A DNA stretch of 64,000 nucleotides from an uncultured Bacilli bacterium (lineage in GTDB: Bacteria; Bacillota_I; Bacilli_A; RFN20; CAG-826), in NCBI GenBank assembly GCA_944363525.1, contig CALVUF010000004.1:81139-145138 (forward strand), read 5' to 3'. Positions 30,568 through 39,677 of this stretch are shown piece by piece. Position 1 is the stretch's first letter; each line of letters starts with the position of its first letter. A program made the translations under genes and the position numbers. The notes below the pieces were generated by a model, which saw only the letters and a list, made by a program, of their open reading frames with translations, searched no databases and was not told where the DNA came from.

Positions 30568-30643
30568 GCCGACTTAGCTCAACTGGCAGAGCAGCGGTAT
30601 CGTAAACCGCAGGTTGGAGGTTCGATTCCTCTAGTCGGCACCA
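30568..30643 (+). tRNA. tRNA-Thr (anticodon CGU)
   Basis: Cloverleaf folded by hand: acceptor GCCGACT/AGTCGGC, anticodon loop ATCGTAA, T-loop TTCGATT, encoded CCA. Confidence 0.85.
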
Positions 30644-30691
30644 TTCGCGCATTCGGCCGGTTCGTCCGGCCTTTCGTTTGAAAAATAGTGC

Positions 30692-30720
30692 TTGATATGG
30701 GTGGGGGAGGGCTCTATAAT
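30692..30720 (+). promoter_or_regulatory. sigma70-like promoter for tRNA-Val
   Basis: TTGATA-17nt-TATAAT. Confidence 0.5.
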
Positions 30721-30756
30721 AACCAAGCCGTCAAAAAGACGGACCCTTACGAACAT

Positions 30757-30832
30757 GGGTGTTTAGCTCAGCTGGGAGAGCACCTGTTTGACGTACAGGA
30801 GGTCACAGGTTCGATCCCTGTAGCACCCACCA
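30757..30832 (+). tRNA. tRNA-Val (anticodon GAC)
   Basis: Acceptor GGGTGTT/AGCACCC, anticodon loop TTGACGT, T-loop TTCGATC, encoded CCA. Confidence 0.85.
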
Positions 30833-30844
30833 TGTTGCAAGACT

Positions 30845-30868
30845 CCGCGGATAACCGCGGTTTTTTGT
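30845..30868 (+). terminator. rho-independent terminator after tRNA-Val
   Basis: CCGCGG-ATAA-CCGCGG followed by TTTTTTGTTG. Confidence 0.7.
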
Positions 30869-30916
30869 TGTCAATCCTTTAGCCTTAGCCTAAAATTTCA
30901 TTGAGGGTTTTATCGT

Positions 30917-31648
30917 ATGAAATATAAGCACGTCAGAAGATCCGGTATCCTGTTCATCTTCCTTTCCATCATCACTTTGTCCATTTGGACGTTGATCTGT
31001 CTATCGATGGTCAATCGGGACGTCAACAAGTTCGCCAAGCGGAAGATGTGCCCTTATTGGATCGTCTGGATTCTCTCGCTTATCTTTCTCTTCATCCCGA
31101 CCATCATCTGGATGTCGACCTTATCCCGTCGGATTGAGGAAGAGGCCTTGGAACTGGGCATTACCTCCCCGCGGACGGGATTCGGCAAGTTCTTCAACTG
31201 GTGTTTCTTCGGGGCCTTCATCGTCATCGGCCCCTGGATCGCCTTCTGCTCCACCTTCCGGACCCTCAATGCCGTCTTGAGGCGGCTTAACCTCGCTGAA
31301 CCGGTCGTCAAACCGGTCGTAGCCCCGGTGGAGAAGCCGGCGACTGCCGAAGAGAAGAAAGAGCAGCCCTCCGCCCCGACCCCCGACGTCATCATCGTCC
31401 GGCCGGCCGAACCCAAACCGGCCCCGGCCGAAACCAAGCCCGAGGATATCAAGCTTCTCGAGCAGAAGAAGGAACCGGCCGTCATCTTCGAAGGGTCGGC
31501 CACCCCGGAAGCCACCAAGAAGTGGCGGGTCCGTTATGCCAACAGCAAGAACGCGGTCATGAGCTTCGCCACCCAAGAAGAGGCCATCAACTTCGCCAAA
31601 GAGCTGGCTCTTAAAAACGGTGGGGCGGTTCGCGTCAAAGGTCGTTGA
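30917..31648 (+). CDS. hypothetical membrane protein with proline-rich linker and small C-terminal globular domain
   Basis: 3 N-terminal TM helices. PVVKPVVAPVEKPATAEEKK...PAPAETKPE linker. Confidence 0.5.
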   Translation: MKYKHVRRSGILFIFLSIITLSIWTLICLSMVNRDVNKFAKRKMCPYWIVWILSLIFLFIPTIIWMSTLSRRIEEEALELGITSPRTGFGKFFNWCFFGAFIVIGPWIAFCSTFRTLNAVLRRLNLAEPVVKPVVAPVEKPATAEEKKEQPSAPTPDVIIVRPAEPKPAPAETKPEDIKLLEQKKEPAVIFEGSATPEATKKWRVRYANSKNAVMSFATQEEAINFAKELALKNGGAVRVKGR

Positions 31649-31690
31649 CGAATCCTCCTATTTATTGTTTAATACTCCTCGCTGAACCGC

Positions 31691-31764
31691 GCAGCCTTAG
31701 TTCAGTGGTAGAACACCAGCTTCCCAAGCTGGTTATACGGGTTCGATTCCCGCAGGCTGCTCCA
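31691..31764 (+). tRNA. tRNA-Gly (anticodon CCC)
   Basis: Acceptor GCAGCCT/AGGCTGC, anticodon loop TTCCCAA, T-loop TTCGATT, CCA encoded. Confidence 0.8.
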
Positions 31765-31773
31765 GAGCGAATT

Positions 31774-31802
31774 AGCGGATCCTAAGCGGGTCCGCTTTTT
31801 TC
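31774..31802 (+). terminator. rho-independent terminator after tRNA-Gly
   Basis: AGCGGATCC-TAAGC-GGGTCCGCT followed by TTTTTTCG. Confidence 0.7.
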
Positions 31803-31939
31803 GTCATTTAAAAAATTTGCGAAATTTAGTAGACACCGCAAAACCTAGATGGATTTTCCGCTTTGCGGATTTTCTTAAATCGCTTATACGTGCGCGCGTT
31901 TGCACTTTCAAAGGCAAGGCTTTATTATTCGCGTGGTAA

Positions 31940-32440
31940 TTGGCGATGATCGATTTACGGAAACACTGCATAGAGCTGCTGGAAAGCCGGGGCGTGAGCC
32001 TTGAGGCGATCGCCGACTGCGCCGTCTACCTCCAGCATGCTTACTTCCCGGATCTCAAACGGGAGGACATGATCGAGTCGGTGATGGACGTTTTGGGCAA
32101 ACGCGAAGTCCAATACACCATCATGACCGGCATCGCCATCGATAAAGCCGCCGACAAGGGCGACATCGAGGACCCGGTGCTATTAAAGATGCTTCGGGAA
32201 GACGATGGTCTTTACGGGGTCGATGAGGTGCTGGCCTATTCGATCTGCAACGTCTACGGCTCCATCGCCTTGACCAACTTCGGCTATATCGACAAAGACA
32301 AATACGGCATCGTCGGGCAACTGAATAAGAAGAATCCCGACGGTAGCTATCCCGGCAACCACAATACCTTCCTCGACGACATCGTCGGGGCCATTGCCGC
32401 CAGCGCCGCCGCCCGTTATGCCCATGCCCAGGAAAAATAA
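31940..32440 (+). CDS. PgpA-family (YutG-like phosphatidylglycerophosphatase A) protein
   Basis: 166 aa. C-terminal FLDDIVGAIAASAAARYAH resembles the PgpA DDIVAG motif. Same size as Bacillus YutG. Confidence 0.45.
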   Translation: MAMIDLRKHCIELLESRGVSLEAIADCAVYLQHAYFPDLKREDMIESVMDVLGKREVQYTIMTGIAIDKAADKGDIEDPVLLKMLREDDGLYGVDEVLAYSICNVYGSIALTNFGYIDKDKYGIVGQLNKKNPDGSYPGNHNTFLDDIVGAIAASAAARYAHAQEK

Positions 32441-32443
32441 GCT

Positions 32444-33268
32444 ATGAACATGAATTTCCTCCTTCTTTCTTCCGATCCCGCCCCCTATCTCGACATGGGG
32501 AATTATCTGAACCTCGTTTCGCTCATCATGGCGATTATCATCTTCGCCGGCTTCGACACGGTCCTCTTCTTCTGGCTGAAACGATCCTTCGTCCGGACTT
32601 TCTTAGTCGCCTCCGAATTGGCCATCGTCTTGTTCTGGCTCTTTGGCCTCGACTTATTGCTTTTCATCGTTCTCGCCTTCTTCATCGTCGGCGTTTCCTT
32701 CTTCTTCCTCCATAACTCGGCGGAGGGGCGGAAGTACGTCTCCAACAATGTCAAGAAGCGGCCCCAGCCGAAGATCTTCCGCGGGAAGCCGACTCCCGAG
32801 GCCTTATTCGACCGGGAAGCGGTGTATAAGAAAGTCGCCGATGCCGTCTTGATCATGTCGAAGAAGAAGATCGGGGCCCTCATCACCTTCGAAAGAGACG
32901 ATAATCTCCGTGATTACATCGCCAAAGGCGTGACCATCAATTGCCCGGTTTCGAGCGAGATCCTCCAAACCATCTTCTATCCGGGGACCCGGCTCCATGA
33001 CGGGGCGGTCATCATCCGCAATGACGTCATCGCCGCCGCCTCGGTCTATTACCAGACCGTCGATATCGCCATGCCGGGGAAATTCGGCTCCCGGCACCGG
33101 GCGGCCTTATCGATCTCGAGCCAAGTCGACGCCGTCACCGTCGTCGTCAGCGAAGAGACCGGCCGCATTTCCATCGCCTATGAAGGGGAGATCCAATCGG
33201 TCGAACCCGATTCCTTCCTCCAGACCTTCGAAGAATACATGGCGAGCGACAAAACCAACCATCAATAA
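32444..33268 (+). CDS. cdaA: diadenylate cyclase CdaA (c-di-AMP synthase)
   Basis: N-terminal TM helices plus DAC domain: LHDGAVIIRND, GSRHRAALSISSQVDAVTVVVSEETGRISIA. Confidence 0.85.
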   Translation: MNMNFLLLSSDPAPYLDMGNYLNLVSLIMAIIIFAGFDTVLFFWLKRSFVRTFLVASELAIVLFWLFGLDLLLFIVLAFFIVGVSFFFLHNSAEGRKYVSNNVKKRPQPKIFRGKPTPEALFDREAVYKKVADAVLIMSKKKIGALITFERDDNLRDYIAKGVTINCPVSSEILQTIFYPGTRLHDGAVIIRNDVIAAASVYYQTVDIAMPGKFGSRHRAALSISSQVDAVTVVVSEETGRISIAYEGEIQSVEPDSFLQTFEEYMASDKTNHQ

Positions 33269-33278
33269 GGAGAGGCTT

Positions 33279-34613
33279 ATGACGCGTTACTTTGGAACCG
33301 ACGGCATCCGCGGTCGGGCTTTAATCGAACTGACTGAGGACATCGCCTATCGGATCGGCCGTTATATCGGCCAATACCCGAATGGCCATCCCAACACCAT
33401 CCTTATTTCCCGCGATACCCGGGAATCGGGGGAGGCGTTGCTTTCTGCCTTAAAAGAGGGCGTCCTCAAAAGCGGGGGCACCCTGCTGGACGAAGGGGTC
33501 TCGACCACGCCTTCCGTCTCATATTTGGTTGAGGCCAATCATTATGATTACGGGATCATGATCTCGGCTTCCCATAACCCTTATACCGACAACGGGATCA
33601 AGCTCTTCGCCCCCAGCGGGGAAAAGCTTGCCGAAGCGATTGAGGAAGAGATTGAGGATTATATCGATTCCAAAGACGACTACCTCCCTATCAAAGAGGG
33701 GAAATACGTCTATTCCCCCGAACTCAAAGAGCAATATCTGAATTTCCTTTCTTCCCAATACGAGGGGGAGAGGAAGGTCAAGGTGCTCTGCGATCTGGCC
33801 AACGGGTCGGCCTCGATGGTTGCCCCGGCCTTATTCGCCAAACTCGGGGTCGACGCGACCTTCATCAACGCCTCCCCCGACGGCAAGAACATCAATAACC
33901 ATTGTGGATCAACCCACATGGAAGGGCTGGAGGAACTGTTCGCCAAAGGCGGCTATGACTTGGCCTTCGCCTTCGATGGCGACGCCGATCGCTGCTTGGC
34001 CATCGATAAATCCGGCCGGCTGATCGATGGGGATGCCGAGATTTACCTTGGGGCCTTGGGCTTAAAGGCCAATAACCAATTGAACGGCAACAAAGTCGTC
34101 ATCACCGTCATGTCGAACTTCGGCTTAAGGAAAGCCCTCGATGAATTGGAAATCGGCTATGAGATTGTCTCGGTCGGGGACAAATACGTCCAGGCCAAAT
34201 TAAAGGAAGACCATCTCTCGGTCGGGGGCGAGCAGTCGGGACATGTCATCTTCAGCGCCTCCCTCAATACGGGGGATGGGTTGCTCACCGCGATTAAGAT
34301 GCTCAATGTCTATGAGAATCAGCCTGATGTCTACGCTGAACTTCCGAAGTTGCACGTTTATCCCCAAAACTTGGTCAATATCCGTTTCCCGAGCAAAGAG
34401 GAAAGCGATCAGGCCTTAGCTAATGAAGCGGTTAAGAAAGCCATCGAGAAGGCTGAGAAGAAACTCGGCAGCGACGGGCGATTGTTGGTCCGCACCAGCG
34501 GCACCGAGCCCTTGCTCCGGGTCATGGCTGAGCATTTGGATGAGGCGACTTGCGTTTCCGCCGTCGCCGAGGTTGTCAATACTATCAAGGAGGTTTCCCC
34601 ATGTGCGGAATAG
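33279..34613 (+). CDS. glmM: phosphoglucosamine mutase GlmM
   Basis: MTRYFGTDGIRGRA N-terminus. SASHNPYTDNGIKLF active-site Ser motif. AGGAGAGG SD. The track ORF from 32997 is an upstream extension. Confidence 0.9.
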   Translation: MTRYFGTDGIRGRALIELTEDIAYRIGRYIGQYPNGHPNTILISRDTRESGEALLSALKEGVLKSGGTLLDEGVSTTPSVSYLVEANHYDYGIMISASHNPYTDNGIKLFAPSGEKLAEAIEEEIEDYIDSKDDYLPIKEGKYVYSPELKEQYLNFLSSQYEGERKVKVLCDLANGSASMVAPALFAKLGVDATFINASPDGKNINNHCGSTHMEGLEELFAKGGYDLAFAFDGDADRCLAIDKSGRLIDGDAEIYLGALGLKANNQLNGNKVVITVMSNFGLRKALDELEIGYEIVSVGDKYVQAKLKEDHLSVGGEQSGHVIFSASLNTGDGLLTAIKMLNVYENQPDVYAELPKLHVYPQNLVNIRFPSKEESDQALANEAVKKAIEKAEKKLGSDGRLLVRTSGTEPLLRVMAEHLDEATCVSAVAEVVNTIKEVSPCAE

Positions 34614-36367
34614 TCGGGGGAGTCGGGAAGATCGACTTCCGAAATTACTTAATCAATGGTCTGAAGAAACTCGATTACCGGGGCTATGACTCGGCCGGGG
34701 TCGCGGTTTTGGATAAGAAGCATCTTTTCCTTAAGAAGATGCCGGGGAAGGTGGAGGACCTTGCCGCCTCCTTGCCGGAAACTGTGCCAGGAACGGTTGG
34801 CATCGCCCATACCCGTTGGGCGACCCATGGGGAGCCGAATGAGCGGAACGCCCATCCCCATATCTCGATGAAGCGGAAGTTCGCCCTCGTCCATAACGGG
34901 GTCATCGAGAACTTCAAAGCCTTGAAGAAAGACTTGGCCAAACATGGCTATGGCTTCCTTTCCGACACCGATTCTGAGATCGTGGTCGACTTATTGGAAT
35001 ATAACTTCCATGGCGATGTGCTTTCCGCCATCAAGAAGACGATGGGAGAACTCGAAGGGAGCTATGCCTGCGCCATCATCCACGCCGATGAGCCAAACCG
35101 GCTGTACTTCATGAAGAACGCCTCCCCCTTATTGCTTGGCAAAGGGGAGGGGGCCAATTACCTCGCTTCCGATGCCGGGGCGATGATCGGCCTCACCGAA
35201 TCCTTCATCGACTTAGAGGATGGGGATTACGGCTATTTGGAAGCCGAGGGCCATGCCATCTTTTCCGAGGGCAACCCAGTCGAAAGGGAAATCGTCGCCC
35301 GGAGCAAGGATTTCTATGACGACGATCTCCATGGCTATCCCCATTATATGATTAAGGAAATCCATGAAATTCCCTCGGTTTTGCGGCGTTTATTGGATAA
35401 TTACCTCGATGACGGCTTCGTCTTCGACAAGAACATGCTGTCGATGATCAAGATGGCCTCCTCAGTCCATTTTCTCGCCTGTGGGACCAGTTTCTATGCT
35501 TGCAAAGTCGGGGTCAAATACTTCCGGAGCATCGGCAAGCGCAGCGGCGCCTCCATCGCCTCCGAATGGGCTTATGACCCTTATGACATCGGGGAGAATC
35601 CTTTCTTCATCATCCTCTCCCAGTCGGGGGAGACGGCCGACCTCATCAAATGTCAGAAAGTCATCAACGACAATAACCTCCCGAACTTAGTCGTCACCAA
35701 TTCCAAAGGCTCGACCTTGGAACGGAAGGCCACTTTCTCCTCGCTTCTTTACGCGGGGGTTGAGGTGGCGGTCGCCTCGACCAAATCCTACTTAGCCCAG
35801 ATCGCTTACTTGGCCTTATTGGTCGCGGCCTTAAAAGGCGACGGGCATGTTGAAGGGGATATCCGGACCCTTATTTCCTCGATTGAGAAAATCCTCGCCG
35901 ACGATTCGAAGATCAAGAAATTGGCCTATGAACGGAAAGACGCGACCGATGCCTTCTACGTCGGGCGGGGCTATGACTATTTGGCGGCCTTAGAAGGGGC
36001 ATTGAAGATGAAGGAAGTGGCCTATGTCCACGCTGAAGCCTATCCGGGCGGCGAACTTAAGCACGGGCCGATTGCTCTTATCCAAAAAGGGACCTTGGTC
36101 GTCGGCTATATTAGCGACGCCGAAAAGGAAGCCAGCAGCCGGAATAACTTCGTCGAATTGGCCTCGCGGGGCGCCGATATCCTCGTCGTCTCCGATGAGA
36201 AATACACCCGGGAGGGCGATTTGCTTTCCTTCCCAGCCGTCCCCGAATACCTAGGGGTGGGGCCGGCGGTCGTCATCTCCCAGTTGCTGGCCTATTATCT
36301 GGCGGAAGCCAAAGGGCTCCCGATCGATAAGCCGCGTAATTTAGCCAAATCGGTCACGGTCGAATAG
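34601..36367 (+). CDS. glmS: glutamine--fructose-6-phosphate aminotransferase GlmS
   Basis: MCGIVGG N-terminal nucleophile, two SIS domains, C-terminal VE. AGGAGG SD. Overlaps the glmM end by 13 nt. Confidence 0.9.
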   Translation: MCGIVGGVGKIDFRNYLINGLKKLDYRGYDSAGVAVLDKKHLFLKKMPGKVEDLAASLPETVPGTVGIAHTRWATHGEPNERNAHPHISMKRKFALVHNGVIENFKALKKDLAKHGYGFLSDTDSEIVVDLLEYNFHGDVLSAIKKTMGELEGSYACAIIHADEPNRLYFMKNASPLLLGKGEGANYLASDAGAMIGLTESFIDLEDGDYGYLEAEGHAIFSEGNPVEREIVARSKDFYDDDLHGYPHYMIKEIHEIPSVLRRLLDNYLDDGFVFDKNMLSMIKMASSVHFLACGTSFYACKVGVKYFRSIGKRSGASIASEWAYDPYDIGENPFFIILSQSGETADLIKCQKVINDNNLPNLVVTNSKGSTLERKATFSSLLYAGVEVAVASTKSYLAQIAYLALLVAALKGDGHVEGDIRTLISSIEKILADDSKIKKLAYERKDATDAFYVGRGYDYLAALEGALKMKEVAYVHAEAYPGGELKHGPIALIQKGTLVVGYISDAEKEASSRNNFVELASRGADILVVSDEKYTREGDLLSFPAVPEYLGVGPAVVISQLLAYYLAEAKGLPIDKPRNLAKSVTVE

Positions 36368-36380
36368 CCAGTTAGCCTGC

Positions 36381-36887
36381 TTGATGGTATCCTTTATCCG
36401 TATGGATAAGCCGGTTGCCTCCAAAAGCCTTGCCTCCCGGCGGATCGCCGCCGCCTTGCTCGATTTCGCTTTGGTCGTCTTGCTCGACTTGGTTTTATGC
36501 CTGCCCTCGATCGCCATCTTGGTCAATACCATGGTCGATCCATCTTTTTCGGTCGTCCTCTCCAATGCCATCATCGCCTTCGTCACCGGGGCTTTCGTCC
36601 TCGGGGTCGACGTTTTGTATTTAGCGATTTATCCCGGTTTTAAGAAAGGCCAGACCTTAGGGCTTCGTTTCTTTGATTTGGCCTTATGCCAGGAAGACGG
36701 AAGCCCGTTAAGCTCGAGGCAATACGTGGTCCGGGCGACGGTCTTGGTCCTATTGGCCTTTTCGACCATTGGGATTTCCCTGCTCGTTGAGGGGATCGTG
36801 GTGGGATTATCGAAAGGTCACCGTTCCTTTACCGATGCTTGTTCCAAAGCCTATATAATCGATGTATCAACAAAGGAGAACAACTGA
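36381..36887 (+). CDS. RDD family membrane protein
   Basis: SRRIAAALLDFALVVLLDLVL RDD-like N-terminus plus TM helices. Start may be at 36402. Confidence 0.5.
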   Translation: MMVSFIRMDKPVASKSLASRRIAAALLDFALVVLLDLVLCLPSIAILVNTMVDPSFSVVLSNAIIAFVTGAFVLGVDVLYLAIYPGFKKGQTLGLRFFDLALCQEDGSPLSSRQYVVRATVLVLLAFSTIGISLLVEGIVVGLSKGHRSFTDACSKAYIIDVSTKENN

Positions 36888-36888
36888 C

Positions 36889-37608
36889 ATGGCTACCCCT
36901 CACATCGCGGCGAAAGACGGAGATTTCGCCAAAGTCGTCCTGATGCCCGGCGATCCCTTACGGGCCGAATGGATCGCCAAAACCTTCTTGAAGGACGCCA
37001 AACTCGTCACCTCGACCCGGAACGTCTATGGCTACACCGGCTATACCAAAAACGGCAAGCGGATCTCGGTCATGGCCTCAGGGATGGGGATGCCCTCGAT
37101 CGGCATTTATTCCTATGAGCTTTTTGCTTTCTACGGGGTCGAATCGATCATCCGGATCGGGACGGCCGGGGCCTATCAAAAAGACATTGGCCTTGGCGAC
37201 GTAATCTTAGCCGAAGGCAGCTGCACCGATTCCAACTGGATGGGGCGGTATGACCTAAAAGGCGGGACCTATTCCGCCGTCGCATCCTTCCCCTTATTGC
37301 TAAGCGCCTACCAAGCGGCTAAAGAACTCGGCAAGAACGTCCATGTCGGCAATGTGTTAAGCGCCGACGGGTATTACGACGCCGATCCGGATTACTGGAA
37401 GAAATGGGCTGGATTATCGGTCCTCGGGGTCGAGATGGAATCCTATGCGCTTTACGCCAATGCCGCGACTTTGAAGAAGAACGCTCTCTGCATCCTCACC
37501 GTCTCCAATTCCTTCTTCGGCGGGGAGGAGATGAGCGCCGAGCAACGGCAAAATGGCCTCGTTGACATGGTCGAGGTCGCCATCCGGACGGCGGAGGATT
37601 TCGCCTAA
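36889..37608 (+). CDS. deoD: purine nucleoside phosphorylase DeoD-type
   Basis: MATPHIAAKDGDFAKVVLMPGDPLRAEWIAKTFL is the characteristic DeoD N-terminus. 239 aa. Track ORF 36862 extends upstream. Confidence 0.85.
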   Translation: MATPHIAAKDGDFAKVVLMPGDPLRAEWIAKTFLKDAKLVTSTRNVYGYTGYTKNGKRISVMASGMGMPSIGIYSYELFAFYGVESIIRIGTAGAYQKDIGLGDVILAEGSCTDSNWMGRYDLKGGTYSAVASFPLLLSAYQAAKELGKNVHVGNVLSADGYYDADPDYWKKWAGLSVLGVEMESYALYANAATLKKNALCILTVSNSFFGGEEMSAEQRQNGLVDMVEVAIRTAEDFA

Positions 37609-37609
37609 G

Positions 37610-38269
37610 ATGAATGGCTTAGCCATCGTCGATTTCGGCTGGCCCTACGAAGTTCGGCTTTGCCTTTTCATCGTGCTGGCCTGCCTGATCGGGGTGGCGT
37701 TCTTGGTTCTGTTTTTATACCCGGCTTTAAAAAGATTCCTCTATAAGCATTTCACCATCCGGATGTACTACCGGACGGTCCGGAAGACGGTTTTATATAA
37801 CGACTACTTCCTAATCAATGACTTCGTCAATACCAGCGGCGGTTCCGAGCCGTTCCATATCGATCACGTCATGATCGGGGAGAAGTTCGTCTATTGCATC
37901 CGGGATCGTTACTATCCGGGGGCGATCGCCGCGAAAGATACCGATCCGAACTGGATTTATTTCCATGGGAAGAAAAGCACCTACATCCAAAACCCCTTAT
38001 TGGTCAATAAGGTCCGGGTCGAGCGGCTCGCCATGATGACCGGCTTCGATTCCCGTTTCCTTATTTCCATCGTCTTGATCAACGATGATTGCTTATTGAC
38101 CCCGCTCGACAATACCTATTCGGATAACTTCATCGTTTCCTTGAAACGGTTCCCGGATTTGATCAAGTACCTCGAATCCCAGCCGGTCGATCCCCTCGAC
38201 CCCCATTCGGTCGCGGTGGCGGTCCACGATTTGAGCGCTTTGAACCTCCGGGGCAAACTCAAGCCTTGA
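37610..38269 (+). CDS. NERD (nuclease-related domain) membrane-anchored protein
   Basis: TM helix, then a NERD-like core YRTVRKTVLYNDYFLINDFV...HIDHVMIGEKFVYCIRDRYYPG. ATG 2 nt after the deoD stop. Confidence 0.55.
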   Translation: MNGLAIVDFGWPYEVRLCLFIVLACLIGVAFLVLFLYPALKRFLYKHFTIRMYYRTVRKTVLYNDYFLINDFVNTSGGSEPFHIDHVMIGEKFVYCIRDRYYPGAIAAKDTDPNWIYFHGKKSTYIQNPLLVNKVRVERLAMMTGFDSRFLISIVLINDDCLLTPLDNTYSDNFIVSLKRFPDLIKYLESQPVDPLDPHSVAVAVHDLSALNLRGKLKP

Positions 38270-39677
38270 TCACTTCGGTGATGATAAGGGATGCGGCCAG
38301 TAGTCCCGCGACCACATACATCATCCAGCCGTTTTCCTTATATTTGCCTTGGGCTAGGCTCACGGCTAGATAACTGAGCAAACCAAAGGCGATGCCGGTG
38401 GTAAGGGAATAGGACAAGACGACCATTAGGATCGTCATGAACACCCCGGCGGCCGCCTCGGGCTTCGCCCAATTCACGTCTTTGAGGTTGGAGGCGAAGA
38501 TGAGGGAGCCGACCGAGACCAAGGCCGCGGCCGAGACGCAGGAAGAGGAGAAGAGCTCGAATAAGGGATAGAGGAAAGCCGATAAGAGGAAGAGAATTCC
38601 AGTGATTAAGGAAGCAAAGCCCGTCCGGGCCCCGGTTTTGATGCCGACCGCCGATTCGGCGAAGCTGGTGACGGTCGAGGTCCCGGCGGGGGCGCAGATG
38701 ACGGCCCCGATGGCATCGGCCAAGACCGGCCCATTGCCTTGGAGGTTGCCTTCCTCATCTAATAGATTCGCCTCTTTGGCGCAGGCCAATAAGGTGGCGG
38801 TGGTGTCGAATAGGTTAACGAGGATTAGGGAGATTATCGCGGCGTAGCTTAAGGGATTGGAGAAGACATCCAACAGCATCTTCCCAAAGTCCTGCTCGGG
38901 GAGAGAAGAATCGAAAACCCCGTAAAAGAAAACTTTCTCGTAATGATTTATCCCCCAATGGTTGGTGAAGTCGACGTTGGGTAAGCCCGCATCCGCCACC
39001 CCGCCAAGCCGCATGAAGTAGCCGATTAAGGCGATGACGATCATCGATAGGGGGAGGGCCAAATAGGAGAGCAATCCGGATTTCGTCTTGACGTTGGAGA
39101 GGAAGAAGACGAAGAGGATGCCGATGATCGAAAGCAAGACCGAGGGGGTCGAGATCGAACCGAGGGCAACGAGGGTGGAAGGGTCGCTTACGATGATGCC
39201 CGCCCCTTTGAGCCCAATGAAGGCCAAGAAGGCCCCGAGGGCGGCCGAGATCCCCTTTTTGACGTCGCTTGGGAAGGCTTTGACGATGTAGAGGCGGATT
39301 TTGGTGACGGAAAGAAGCAGATAAAGCAAACCGGAGACGGTGAGGATGATCATCCCCTCTTGCCAAGAGAAGCCGAGGATGCCGCAGATGGTGTAGGTCA
39401 AAAAGGCGTTGAGCCCCATGCCGGCGCTTAAGGCGATGGGGGCTTTGCCGAGGATTCCCATTAAGATGGTGGCGATGCCGCTTATTAAGGCGGTCGAGGC
39501 GAAGACGCCTAAAGGGTCCATCCCGGTGTCGCTTAAGATGGCGGCATTGACCGGGAGGATGTAGCACATGGCCAAGAAAGTCACGACCCCGCCGGCGATG
39601 TCCATCCCGAGCTTATAGCCTTCGGGGCGATTGCCGAATATCCGGTCAAATGTCTTCCGGGCGGGCGTTGATTCCAT
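38259..39677 (-). CDS. NCS2-family purine permease (guanine/hypoxanthine permease PbuG/AzgA-like)
   Basis: N-terminal GMDIAGGVVTFLAMCYILPVNAAILS is the AzgA-type signature. 472 aa, ~13 TM. Confidence 0.8.
   Translation of the reverse strand: MESTPARKTFDRIFGNRPEGYKLGMDIAGGVVTFLAMCYILPVNAAILSDTGMDPLGVFASTALISGIATILMGILGKAPIALSAGMGLNAFLTYTICGILGFSWQEGMIILTVSGLLYLLLSVTKIRLYIVKAFPSDVKKGISAALGAFLAFIGLKGAGIIVSDPSTLVALGSISTPSVLLSIIGILFVFFLSNVKTKSGLLSYLALPLSMIVIALIGYFMRLGGVADAGLPNVDFTNHWGINHYEKVFFYGVFDSSLPEQDFGKMLLDVFSNPLSYAAIISLILVNLFDTTATLLACAKEANLLDEEGNLQGNGPVLADAIGAVICAPAGTSTVTSFAESAVGIKTGARTGFASLITGILFLLSAFLYPLFELFSSSCVSAAALVSVGSLIFASNLKDVNWAKPEAAAGVFMTILMVVLSYSLTTGIAFGLLSYLAVSLAQGKYKENGWMMYVVAGLLAASLIITEVIKA

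Noticed and set aside
32997-33278. N-terminal 94-aa extension of the glmM track ORF (and the 34550-34600 extension of glmS, the 365-412 extension of the first lipoprotein, and the 50381-50560 extension overlapping the kinase gene)
   Set aside because: In each case the canonical N-terminus (MTRYFGTDGIRG, MCGIVGG, MNKKLIP..., MDETINL) begins at an internal ATG with a proper SD. The extensions overlap the preceding gene in another frame.
34540-34620. glmS ribozyme
   Set aside because: Looked for because glmS is present. glmS overlaps glmM by 13 nt, so there is no 5' UTR in which the ribozyme could reside.
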